Part shown: one piece after another, positions 38,457 through 52,154 of the stretch | Position numbering within the stretch: position 1 is the stretch's first letter | How the letters are laid out: the number at the start of each line of letters is the position of its first letter | From: Octopus vulgaris | Lineage: Eukaryota | Length of the DNA stretch: 64,000 nt | Assembly: GCA_951406725.2 (NCBI GenBank) | Contig: OX597816.1 | Span: 132,804,001-132,868,000 of the forward strand | Direction of reading: 5' to 3' | Translations under genes and position numbers: made by a program | Notes under the pieces: generated by a model | The model's database searches: none | Told to the model about the DNA's origin: nothing | The model's input: the letters and a program-made list of their open reading frames with translations, nothing else

Positions 38457-39536
38457 TATTGCTTGAAGAGAAAAAAGAAAAAAACACATTATTGCTTTTG
38501 TTGATATGCTTTAATATTTGTCAAGATTGATATTATTTTTGTGATAGACTTCAATAGATATGTCCTTTTATAATGTTTGGTCAGAAAATGAAACGAAATA
38601 AATAAATAATAGAGAAATGAAAAAATAAATTGATATTGCTTTCCAAACAAAATTGTTAAAAAATGTATTTTATGCTTTCTTGCTAAATGTATCAATAATA
38701 AGAATGTTATTGCTTATTTGAATAGTTTTCATTGAATAATTGACAGAATCTGATAAATATGTCAACTCAATGTAAATCAGGGAAGGAATTTATTGCTTTT
38801 TTTTGGTAGGGAATAAAACAGTACTTAAATCATCATGCCAGTAGCCCACCATCACTGGCTGTCAATAAAGAACAGAGACTTATTGCTTTTTTCAAACACT
38901 TTAAAGAGTGTATAAAATTCATAAAGATATTTAAATTATTTATTCCCACATTTATGAGTAGGAAAACGTTATTGCTTTTCAGAAGTCATGGACAAAAAAG
39001 TTATTGCTTTTTGAATACTTTTGTTGTATGAGTAAATTTCATAAATTATACCAAATAGTTATTTCCTATGAATACAAAAAAGTTGTTATTGCTTTTTGAA
39101 TATTTGATTTGTAAATAGTTAAAAAAAATTATTGTAAGTTGTCTTCTTCTTGTATGTTATGAGAAGAAAAAATAACCCATTATTGCTTTTTGAATATTTT
39201 CATTGAATGAATTTGAATTTGGAAGTTTTCATTAACATATAGTGATAAAGTTTATGTAGAATGATAACAGATTTTTGGAAAGTTCGATGGAGGGAAAATT
39301 ATTGCTTTTGAAAAGTTCATTTAAATGAGACAAAAAATTCAAACAAAACAAAACAGAACATATTAATCAATTTCTAAATACATAGAAATAGGATTGGTGA
39401 AAACACTGTGGACAGGAAGACAAGAAAAAATATAGAAATTTATGTGGGATGGTTGATTAAACATCTCAAATAGAATTTATTTTTTCTGATTTCACAAATT
39501 AGTAGCAGATCTGTGTAAAATTGTTAATTATTGCTT
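38457..39536. repeat. Quasi-periodic array of the motif TTATTGCTTTT
   Basis: Exact copies at 38489, 38790, 38880, 38969, 39001, 39086, 39180, 39299; partial copies at 38457, 38634, 38707, 39528. Confidence 0.85.
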
Positions 39537-41830
39537 ATCTGATTTTAAAATTTTCAATTGATTAAGAGTAATTTTTTAAAGAAAACTTTATGTTAACTAA
39601 TCTGAATAGATTCAAAATAGTTTGTTTCATAGGAGCTATTTTTGAGTTTATTGCAAGCAGAGTTTCTTTACTAAAACATGAAATTTGTATAATAAAACTA
39701 TTTATTCCAAAGCTATATGTAGCTCACATTAAGCCCTCTTTGGATTTCTTGTCTCTTTGATCTTTGATTCAAGAATTTTGACATATACATACATACATAT
39801 GTGGACACATATATGTACATATGTATATATGTGCATACACACACATACACACACACATGCACACAAGCACATATATATGGATGTGTGTGTATAAATATTC
39901 TTAGAGATGTGATATGAATTATCATATCAGTTATTAATATAATTGTGTGGTTTTGTCACATTAATAGTAATTTCTTAAAAAAACCTGATGTTAATGACTA
40001 TTTTTCTCTCTAGTAAAACAAATGAACATGAAAGAAAATTTTATTCCACATGGCTAAAAAATACATTGTTTTCGAAATTTAACTGAGATATTTGCTCATT
40101 ATACTGCTTACAGAATACATTTGTTTATCCTTGTCTCATCATGTAGGGGTTGTATTATAAGATATATGATTCAATGCTTTCTTGTCTAAATGGAGTAATG
40201 TATAATATTAACTACTGGCTAATGTTCAGCATTCAAATTGTATTTCAAATTTCTTTTTTTCCATACAATAGCAGTTATAAATTCGGCTCAAAAACTCTTT
40301 AATTCACAATAACATTTAACCCATACTTTACACATGACTCATTGTTTAAAACTCACACCATATCCAATTCATTACAAATTAACATATACTTAAATCTCTT
40401 GTTTAGCAAATAATTATATCATCTAATAATACCTCAAAAACAATTCCAATCTAATATGGTTTACCACTAATGTTACACCATCTGTATCCAACAAATTTTT
40501 GCTTACATAATTTTCATAAATACAGTTTAAAATTTGCATTTGTCAAACACTGTCTGACTTTTGATTGTTTGTGTAATTGCTAATTCTGACACTTGTCTAG
40601 CTAATTGCAATCAATTCATTACATTTGGCTAATCAGTGTTTAATATTTAAACAAACTTACATTTGTCTTTCTGATGTTTGGTCTCCATTTAGTCAGTATA
40701 GATTAACAATCATTAAATTCATTCAACTATTCACCTGCATCTGTTCCTTTTGCTCACTGACATTTATATTATTTGGTCATTCTGATACATTATCCACATT
40801 ATTTAGGGTATAACCAAATTATCCTAGTTCTTAGCTATTAGATAAGTAATTAATATGACACTAACATATACTCAAGTGTTGAGGTTTCAATATATGAAGT
40901 TTTCTCAACATGAAAATTACTGTAATCAACATCAAAATTTTAAACATTTTTTTCATTTGGAATAAAAATATTTTGAAATAAAAAACATTTTTTTCCCAAC
41001 ATTTTTTGTATTTGCATTTGTTCTATGAGATATTTAATAAAGGTTGTAATGATAATTAAATTTGATGAATGTTACAATAACTAAAATTTGCAGACAACTG
41101 ACCTTTGACATGTGGTTTTATCAATTTAGATAGCTACAAAAAAAATCCAACAAGGAACAAATAACAAAACAACTGCCATAATTTTTGGAGGGTGAAGGGG
41201 GCAGACTACTTTAAATTTCATCATATCAGAAGGAAAGTTGAATAATAACAAATGAGATAATCTGTCAATACTATTGAGGTACTTGCTAGAGATTCAATGA
41301 GTTCCATACCAAATTCTAAGATGTCAGCTTTTCTTATTTTATCAGTTGTTAATTATTTTGGTGTTAAATATAAAAAGTGACACAGATGAAATATGACAAT
41401 AATGATAATGATGACGATGATGATGATGATGATGATGATGGTGATGATGAAAGGTTGAAGGAAGGTGCTGATTATGTTTATTATCATGATGATAATAATT
41501 ATTACCAGCATCACCACCATCATCATTGTTAAGCTGAATTAACTTCATACTATAAAATATTTTAAATGCCTAGTTAAACATATGTATTTATTTTAATAAA
41601 TTATTAAAGATAATGCCGCAAATTTGAGAGGAGGATTTTTTAATGAATAATATGGCTGCACTTTAGTTTATCTTATCTCAACAGGCCATCTGGCACTTGC
41701 AAAACCTATTACAATTGTATATGCATAGAAAACAGACAAGGAGGAAAAAAGGCAAAATTTATTAATGATAATTGAGAAAGCCAGGAATATGCATCAGGAT
41801 TTTCATAGATATTTCCTTAAATGTTATGGG

Positions 41831-41870
<40 letters not shown>

Positions 41871-42047
41871 TTTTACTTGTTTCAATCATTTGACTGTGGC
41901 CATGCTGAGGCACCGCTTTTAGTCAAGCAAATTGACCTCAGGACTTATTCTTTGACTGCCATGTTTCACTAAATTGGAATACAAAGTGATTATGAAACTA
42001 ATATGTATTTGAATGTGACAGAATAATCCCTTGCCAGAGTTCCCCTC

Positions 42048-42083
<36 letters not shown>

Positions 42084-44078
42084 TGTATATATATATATAT
42101 GTTTATATGTATTATATATATATATATATATATAGCAACAAATTAAGTCATTTAACAGAAGAGAGAAAAATTATACCTGTAACTGCTAATTATGAAAATG
42201 AACCATAGCAGAATAAAAAATGAATACAATAAAATAAGAAACTGGTATTAGTGACATAACTGAACCAATCAGTTCATTAGAGAAAAATTTTGCAATGACC
42301 TGAGTTCACAAACGATATCATCTCTCTCTCTCTCTCTCTTTTTTATATTTAATTTTAAATGAATTCTGAATATATTTTATAAATGATAGCAAAATCTGCA
42401 ATAATTTATCACCCCAACAGTAATGAAGGAGAAAGCTTATTAATATTGATGGAGAATGATAATAATAAGAGGATGATAGTGATTATTTTGTGTATGTCTT
42501 GGCACAAGGCCAACTTTATAGGGAGACATGCTGTTAATTGTATTTATTGCATGTATATTACTGGGAATTATTTTATCTACTTCAGAAGCAGGGAAGGCAA
42601 AGTCAACGATAGTGGGATTAGAAATGAAACTAAATACTGTAAGATATTTAGTAAGGTGCCCTACCATTTCTGTCAAATGCTTTTGTAAAGCTTTCATCTT
42701 GTAATTATGGTATGGAAAATTTTCATTTGAATATCTACAAATCTTCTTAATGATTGATTATTAATTTTTTTAAATATAAACTTTATCATTAGAACTTCCA
42801 AATTTACATTTTTTATTTTTTTTGAAAATGTAACAACTGAAAATGATCACAACTTATAAACATTTTTTATGGCTCACAGGCAAAAAGCAAGTTGACAAAT
42901 TACATTTTCATCATAAATAGATGACTATCAAAACTATTAACAATTTGCTGACATTTATATACCATAGTAAATAATTCTTTGTTGCAGAAGTGTTGTTCAA
43001 ATATATATCATATATATATATATTTTTAAAAATCAGTCTTTTCTTGTACACATTCTTACATTTCAGAACAATAAAGAGGCAAATAACAAAAATCACAAAA
43101 TTGAAACAAAAATATCAACAAAAAAATCAACAAATTTCATATTCCTGAAACATATTAAAACAAATGGAATCTTATATCATAAATTACATTTAGAATATCA
43201 TTGTAAGATCAAACTTTTGGGAATGGGTTTATTTATATATTTATCGAAATTATTAACAGTTAGGTTGCGTTTTATCTGTTTATATCCGTTCTCATTTGGT
43301 CTCAGTTGATTAATTATTAACCTGTTTGTGTTGGTGAATGGTGATGCTAAGTTCAGAAGGAATGGCTTATTTAGCAGCATAAGTTTGTTTGATGTTTTTG
43401 TCATCAGTTATGGCTTCAAAAAAAGTCACTGCATCAATAAGAATTTGTTGAAATTTTTCAAGTAATCAAAATTAAATAGTTTCTAAGATGTATGTTAATA
43501 GGCAATTTAAAATATAGGTCTTGAAATTAACTGTTAATCAAAAAAGTATATCATAAAATAATCATTAAAGTCCCCTTTAAAATGTTTGAAATATCCAAAT
43601 GGCAGTTCAAAGAATTTTGGCAAGAATTCTCTGTTAAGTATTAATACTAGTAATTCAATAAGTTTCCTGTCATTAAATGTTGAGTAACTACAATAACAAA
43701 TATCTTACTTTAGATGCCTTACAGTGTATATTTGAGAGTTCAGAAAAATCCTCAATCATCTTATATATATTTGGATGAGAGAGAAGGAGAGAGAGAGAAA
43801 GGGCAGAGGAAAGAAAGAAAGAAAGAAAGAAAGAAAGAGTGAGGGAGAAAGCATTTGTGAAAGCTAATAATTCTTTTACAAAAATTACCTAAATGATTTA
43901 GTTTCTTTATAAATCTAAACAATCATGTAAGTTATATAACCATAACAACTAAAATTTGTTGTAATGTCCATTCAGTTCTATTTAGTTAGCATTTTCTATT
44001 GCTGCAGAACCTAACCTATAATGGGAGCTATGATTGTAAAGAGTAGACACAATGAAAAATAAACAACAATCAACATTT

Positions 44079-44134
<56 letters not shown>

Positions 44135-44501
44135 TAATTTACTAAGTCTTCTACGACTCATTCTTACAGCTACTAAGAGCCAAATTATTTTCATTTATAT
44201 TAATTTTCCCAATAATCTACTCAGAATTTAGCATATTATATTAATTGATTAGTTATTGTCAGAGCTTATGGTATATTCTGTATGAACCTATGAATGAACA
44301 CTTAAAAGTTCCCTTACAAAACTTTGAAACTTATAATGTTCACTCAAACATACATACATACATACATACATACATACATACATACTTATGTACATATATA
44401 CATATACATATATACATGCTTATATATGTATATGTATACATGTATACATATATATATATATATACACACACATATATATATATTTATATACATATATATG
44501 C

Positions 44502-44537
<36 letters not shown>

Positions 44538-45090
44538 GTATATGCAAGCATATATAAGTATATTTACATATACACACACATGCATGTAAATATGTGTGTG
44601 TCTGTCTATATATGTATGCATGCACACACACATATCGATATAGATATATGTTTGTGTGGTGTGTGTGTATATACATATATCAAAAGATGTGTTATAATAC
44701 TATTCCCACAACTCAATATGAACACATAACATAATACAGAACACTTCTAAACTTTCAATTAATACCACTAATCCCCATACATCCCATGCACCATTCACAT
44801 TACAGATCTATGTCTACCCTAATTGCACCAAATCCAGAAATACTTACCTCCTTTACACAAAACCGTTTTACTCAGGGACTAGTAGACCTGACACTGTTCA
44901 GTAATCGATGTGTATTCAAAGCAATAATTAATTATTTTATGAAACCAGTATGCTTTTGAATCACAATAATGACTGTTATGACTTTTATTCCTACCTCAGT
45001 TCATCTAATTGTATATATCTATTGTTACTTTCATAAAAAGCCTTTACTTTTTTTGATTTCCAATGTGCACATGCATGCATACATACATAC

Positions 45091-45121
<31 letters not shown>

Positions 45122-45681
45122 CATACATACATACATACATACATACATACATACATACATACATACATACATACATACATACATACACACATATTGGTAA
45201 GAAATCATGAAATAAAACTGAACAATGACATACATACATACATGTATGCATGAAAGTATACACGTACACGTACACAAAGATATTTATGGAATTTAGATTA
45301 TATCATGTCCATGTCCTTCTCAGTGCCATTAGTAGCATAAATAAAATGAATAAGATTCAACTGGAATCGAAATGGGATCTGAAGCCAGTCTCAGTGAGAG
45401 TTCATTTGCTTTACCTCACTTGACATGCTTAAGGTAATTCAAAAGATATTTGTCAGTCAAATTTTTTGTGTTGCTTATTGTACTCACAATTATAAAGGGC
45501 ATGTGTATAGATTCATGTATGGCTGTGCATATGAGTGTGTGCATCTGTGTGTGTGTGTGTGTATGCGTGTGTGTGTCAAAGAGGCTGACAGAAAGAAAGT
45601 TTGGTATCCTATTAAGCAGAAAATTGTTAAGTATCTATCTATCAATCTATTTATCTATGCATGTATGTATATATATATATA

Positions 45682-45772
<91 letters not shown>

Positions 45773-48300
45773 TCATATATACTTATATGTATGATGTATG
45801 TGTATATATACATATTATATATATATTATATATATACATGTAGATAGATAGATAGATATTTATACATATATTTATGTATATACACATACATATATACATC
45901 CTTAGTGACTTTCAAATATCACAGTACTTCCAAATGTTTGTACTCTTACATCACAGCATTTCTAAGGTTTCTGTACTTCTATTGCAAGTCTAGTCAAGTT
46001 AAGAAGTTGACCTCTCAATTACAGGGCCTGAATTTGATTGGTCAGCATGCTATCTTGGGTAAATGTTTTCTGCTATAACCTTGAGTTGAATCAAGGTTTG
46101 TGTGTTTGAAATTAGATAGACAGAAGCTGGGTAGAAGAAATTTCTCAGAATGAGTTATATCTGTAATTCTAAGGCCAACTTTGTTCCATACTGAATCATA
46201 AGGATTTTTTTGAGAATTTCATTCAGAGTACACTTGGACTATTCACCATGTACATTATAATATAATAAAATAATAGTTCCATTGATCAAACAGATTGAGT
46301 ATTCATTGTCAAAAGTGATGGAGAATCCATTTATCATTTTTATTCCCAGATCACAGCATCTGAATTATTACACACTAGTATAATACAATATTCTCATATC
46401 ACATGTTTTCCTAATTACAGCAATCCTATATTCTTAATGCATAGACTGTCCTAGATTAATTTAAAATCCCGGATTGGAATCTTCAGATTCAGGATCATTG
46501 CATATCTGAATTACTGTAGTCTTACATTATACATTCTCCTAGATTATAGTTATACCTATACTTTAGTACATCTAGACTCATTTATGTATAGATATAACAC
46601 TTCTTGAGTGCACCTATTCCTGCATTACTGAAGCCCGAGATAAATGGAATGCTTGTGTATCTCTATTCTTAGATTACACTACTCCTACATAGCAGCTACT
46701 TTAAATGAAAGCATTTTGATATTCAAAATTATTTAAAAAATTATTACTAGAAATCATGTTTAAACCTTTTTGTCATCATATTTTTGCTAAAGTACACTGA
46801 CTTTGTTTCAATTAATTTTTTAGACTATGAAGAATTTAATAAAATGATTTTGTCATTATAAAGCTGGTGTTTGGAACAAATTAATATAAAAGTTTGATGA
46901 AAGATCTAAAATTAGATCACTTTGAAGCAGGAGGTTTGTGTCAAACCTAGAGGCAGGTGTGGCCTCAAGTGGGTTGGCATACAAAGAGTTAACTGTTCAA
47001 AAATAAATCTGTTTTTCGGATGAAACTTGTCAAGAATACACTTCAGTGCCATTCCTATCCACTTCCCATTTTCTCCATTATTTACAAACACAAGTATACT
47101 AACATTTAAGCATATGGAAGTAATTTTGAAAAAATAACATGCAATTTTACTTTATGGGAATATTCAACAGATCTTCATTACCCATGGTTTACTACAAGGA
47201 AAAAGATCCAAAACTTTACTCAACAATCACTCCATTAAAAAGACCAAGCACAAATCTAGTCAGATTTATAAGCAACACCAAATTAAGGAAACAATCTAAG
47301 ACATAATTTGAAATTCTTCAAAAAAGTTTAACCAATGCAGACTTAAGGATATAAACAACATTTTCAAGTAATGTAACTTTTTGCCTATTTGTTCATAAAT
47401 CATAAATTTATCACATTTTCATATGTGATATTAATCCAAGCATTCTTGACATGTCAGATTACTAATATTCTTAAAGGACCAGTTAAAACTCTGATCAACA
47501 ATGTTGGAGTCAAATGTCTTTTTATCAAATAAGCAATCCCAAGGGAATTTCATTAAATAGTTTAAGATTTTCTTTTAATATTATTACTTATATCATTTCT
47601 ATCTGATACTACTCATCTAACAAATACTATTGCTAAAACTCATTTAATAAATATTTCCTGGTTTACGTAAATAATTATTATGAAATGACATATATATAAC
47701 CAGGCTGTATTTTGTATAAGTTAACATGTTAAAGTATATATGATATTCTGATACAATTGTTTAATTTCATTTATGTAACTTTGTAAGAGTTTTAGTTAGA
47801 TTAAATGTAATCTTAGAATAACTTATATGTTTTTATCTTTAACTCAACCCTTTGATTTATCAAAAAAGTTCTCACTATAAAGTCAGCAGATGGGTATGTA
47901 ATTGTCAAATACATATGATAAAAGAAAAATCCCTTTTTCTGACACTAACAGAAAACTTCAAGAAAAAGTTACTGAAAATTAATTTTGATTTTTGAGGAGG
48001 GACAAGAAAATAAACTATGCATTTAAAATTTTCGAAACAGTAAATTATAATTTAGTCAAAAAAGCATCTGATTTTAAAGTTAGGATAGAAAGACATGAAT
48101 ATTTATGCAGTTTTCAAAATGTTTACCATTTTACTAGTCCAAGTACAGAAATAAATAGTCATTTATAAACGTATTTATTATTGCATTAGTTTATAAAAAA
48201 TTTATTGTTAAAAATTTTAAACCAGACTTAGTGCATATTCGTATTTTTGCATACTTTTGTATGTTCATAAGATTGTGTGTTTATCAAAAGTAATTTTCAT

Positions 48301-48376
<76 letters not shown>

Positions 48377-48378
48377 GT

Positions 48379-48442
<64 letters not shown>

Positions 48443-48456
48443 ATATATATATGCAT

Positions 48457-48520
<64 letters not shown>

Positions 48521-49156
48521 GTATGTGTATATATATATGCATATATATATATATATATATATATGTAGATGTATGCATATATATATATACTCATATGATA
48601 TATAATATATATATATATACATCTTTATATATATCGTTATATCAATATACATACATGCATATATAGACACTCATAAACATAGATATATATATATATGCTT
48701 CAACACATAATATATTATTATATATATATGCACACACATAATATATTCATACCAACAAAAATACAAATATATATGTATGTATGTATATACAGATGTATTG
48801 TGTATGTTTTCAAGCATATATACATATGCAGCTTCTTGTGCATTTTGTAGATTTCTATAATGAGAACCTGCTTTTAGTAAGAGTACACACACAATACATC
48901 TATGTATCTATGCAAATATATTATTATATGGATACATCTATGTATGTATGTATGTATGTATGTATGTATGTATGTATGTATGTATTTATGTATGTGTGTG
49001 TGTATACATACATACATGTATATATATATATATATACATACATATATACACACACATAAGTATATGCATAAATATATAATCATATATTTGTATATATATG
49101 TATATGTATGAACCTATATCCATATATATATATCTATATATCTATCTATCTATCTA

Positions 49157-49190
<34 letters not shown>

Positions 49191-49336
49191 AAAAGCAATA
49201 AAGATTCAAGTTAATTTAAATGAAATTACTTGAATATGGTACCTAACTTAGATGCACCAAAAAAAACTATACTGATTTAACAATACAGTAATGTGGGGTG
49301 ATTATAAGCGAGAATGAAGCAACAAGAATGGATAGG

Positions 49337-49427
49337 TTTTAGTACAATCGTTTCATACAAGGACAGGTTTTATTAAAAGTTGCAAAAATTACAGCATATA
49401 AACGTGTCCCGTACTCATCAGCTAAAA
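49337..49427 (-). ncRNA. Type I hammerhead ribozyme (mirror copy)
   Basis: Exact reverse complement of 49816-49906. Confidence 0.82.
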
Positions 49428-49815
49428 TACATGTGAGTTCTCTAGACATCCTAGTGGTTGAGGCTATACTCATGAAGTAATGTAGATAATTAAGTAACAT
49501 AAACAGATTTCAAAAGTTCATTAAAGTTCTTTAAAGATGATGTACAGTCTTATCACAGAATTTTAAAAAAGTCTTAATAGCATCACAGAGAAGGTGACCT
49601 AATCCATAGTGCACATATGAATTCATATGTGCACTATGGATTAGGTCACCTTCTCTGTGATGCTATTAAGACTTTTTTAAAATTCTGTGATAAGACTGTA
49701 CATCATCTTTAAAGAACTTTAATGAACTTTTGAAATCTGTTTATGTTACTTAATTATCTACATTACTTCATGAGTATAGCCTCAACCACTAGGATGTCTA
49801 GAGAACTCACATGTA

Positions 49816-49906
49816 TTTTAGCTGATGAGTACGGGACACGTTTATATGCTGTAATTTTTGCAACTTTTAATAAAACCTGTCCTTGTATGAAACGATTGTA
49901 CTAAAA
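49816..49906 (+). ncRNA. Type I hammerhead ribozyme, Penelope-type
   Basis: TTTTAG CTGATGA GTACGGGACA [39 nt] TGTCCTTGTAT GAA AC GATT GT A CTAAAA. Perfect 6-bp stem I, ~10-bp stem II, intact core, predicted cut after A49900. Confidence 0.82.
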
Positions 49907-49936
49907 ACCTATCCATTCTTGTTGCTTCATTCTCGC

Positions 49937-49978
<42 letters not shown>

Positions 49979-50423
49979 TTATGTATGTATGTATATGCAT
50001 GTGTATGCATGAATATACATATATATATATATATGTATGTATATATGCATACACATGCATACATAAGTGTGTGTGAATAAAAGTGAAAGAAAAAAGGATA
50101 TAATTAAAGACAAAGAGAAAGAGAAAGAAAAAGGGAGAGGAATGGGAACATATATGTGCCACTATGTGAATAAACACACAAATATGCATATACATGAATT
50201 TTTAAAATTATTATTTCGTTTTGAAAATTAAATTGCCTTTAAATGTTTGAATTTCTCACTATGTGTGTGTGTGTATGTATAATATGTATATATGTGTTTG
50301 TGTGTGTGCATATGTAAATATATATATATGTATACACATTTATATGTACATAAACATACATATATACACACACACATATATATATATACACACACATATA
50401 TATATATATATATGCATCTATAT

Positions 50424-50487
<64 letters not shown>

Positions 50488-50545
50488 ATATGTATATATA
50501 TGTATATAGATATATATGTATATAGATATATATGTATATATATGC

Positions 50546-50578
<33 letters not shown>

Positions 50579-50596
50579 CACACATGCATATGTACG

Positions 50597-50630
<34 letters not shown>

Positions 50631-51524
50631 ACATATATACATGTATATATGTGCTTATATATACATATCTTTCAGTAACATCAACAAAAACACCTAACAT
50701 TAACATTAATATTAACTGAGAAACTGAGAAACACTTTTGGACCCAGATGTAACAAGATCTAAACATTTGCATACCAGATGTTAACATTCATTTTGTAGTA
50801 CAAATATCAATGCCAACAGATCAGATGTAAACATTCATAAGATTCCTTTAACACTGTAATGTTTCATGAAATAATAAGTTAGAAATACATAATTAATGTT
50901 TGTATGAATGACTTTTTTTAAAAAAAAGGCAAGATACATAAAAAGGGAAAAAAAACTAGGAAAATAAATCCAACCATTTCTCACTTTAGTAAAATGTCTC
51001 TTGACTACGTACATCAAGATTTGAAAAGAACATTATAATAAATCATGGAGAACCAAATATTACTAATAAAACCAAATATATTTTTTTAACCAATGTGTTG
51101 GAACAAGCAGAGGTGGATTTGATTGGTTCCCCATAGATCACATGGTTGGTTCATTAATAAACCCTACCCCATGATAAAACACACATGATTCAATTTTTTT
51201 GATCCACATGGACATTTTGTCCTCTTCTAATATTACTTTTGTCGGTGGGTTGATTCAAAAAAGAACAATGTCATTTTATTAAATAAAGAAATAAACATAG
51301 CAGTATTATCAACAACATCAACAATGATAACAATATTCTGAACATATATTTAAAAGACTGTCTCCCTTTTCTAAAAAGTAGCATGTTTATAGTAATGCCA
51401 TTGATCGTTTTCAAAGACATTGCCACCTTGGCCATCATCACTGGTTTGTTTTGAGGGTTATTGCAATGGTTTTTGTTCATTTGTTCTAAACCAGGGTATA
51501 TTGACTATGTAACTTCCAATATGG

Positions 51525-52154
51525 TTAACCATTTGATCCAAGAGTAGGATCTGATGTTGTTCCAATGTATCCATAGTTAACATGCTCTTTAACACCCAGA
51601 TCTTCTTGTGATATCTTCAGTGCTGGGTTAATTTTACCATTCATTTCTAGTGTTGGTGTGATTGCTGTCAGTTCATTCGCTGGTTCTCTCATGGCGAGGG
51701 CAATAACTTCATCTGGTATGTTGACAATGCACATGAAAACGTCATAGCGCCGTGGTAGATGGGCATTCTCAAAGAGGTATTTGAATACGTACGAAACACC
51801 CACTATTGTTCCAAGAGAAAGAAACATGGCTAAGGTTTTGAATGGAAACATTTGAAGATGTTCATCCTCATCATAGAAAGGATAAAAAATGATGGGTTCA
51901 ATAAAAAGTGTGGGTTCCCCACCTGAAAGGCGCATGAATATGCCAACTATATAGCCAGCTAACGATCCATAGGTGTTTGCCCACTCTAAATACACAACAG
52001 TCACAAGTTGGGGGAACAATATCACGTAGACAAAATCGGAGCAAAGATACCAAAGATCATAGACCGATGTCACCTTTAATGCCATTGCAGTTGCGAGAAC
52101 ACCAACACCAAAAATAGCTACACGCATCACCCAAAGGATTTCTTGATCCGATGC
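51525..52154 (-). CDS. SLC5A7: High-affinity choline transporter 1, terminal coding exon
   Basis: ttttcag| acceptor. [11 protein letters not shown]...[17 protein letters not shown]...NTYGS...RLSGGEP...FPFKTLAM, then TAA. AATAAA on minus at 51280-51275. Confidence 0.97.
   Translation of the reverse strand, partial: ASDQEILWVMRVAIFGVGVLATAMALKVTSVYDLWYLCSDFVYVILFPQLVTVVYLEWANTYGSLAGYIVGIFMRLSGGEPTLFIEPIIFYPFYDEDEHLQMFPFKTLAMFLSLGTIVGVSYVFKYLFENAHLPRRYDVFMCIVNIPDEVIALAMREPANELTAITPTLEMNGKINPALKISQEDLGVKEHVNYGYIGTTSDPTLGSNG

Larger units (their letters stand above)
49308..49936. repeat. Near-perfect spacerless palindrome (314/315-bp arms), probably inverted Penelope-like pLTR fragments
   Basis: Centre CATATGAA|TTCATATG at 49621/49622. 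By eye the arms differ only by one base in a T4/A5 run. Confidence 0.93.

Noticed and set aside
38457-39536. CRISPR-like repeat-spacer reading of the TTATTGCTTTT array
   Set aside because: Repeat is only 11 nt, spacing is irregular, there are no cas genes, and the context is eukaryotic.
49619-49624. EcoRI site at the palindrome centre as proof of a cloning artefact
   Set aside because: Any spacerless palindrome has a palindromic hexamer at its centre; only read-level data can decide.
21645-50787. Dozens of 60-180 aa ORFs rich in YI, CV, MYVC, HT or ER
   Set aside because: Translations of stop-free microsatellites; no protein signal.
51271-51524. Stop-codon readthrough or C-terminal extension of SLC5A7
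   Set aside because: TAA-CCA is a poor readthrough context, an in-frame TAG follows 12 codons later, and the 69-aa ORF has no recognisable homology.
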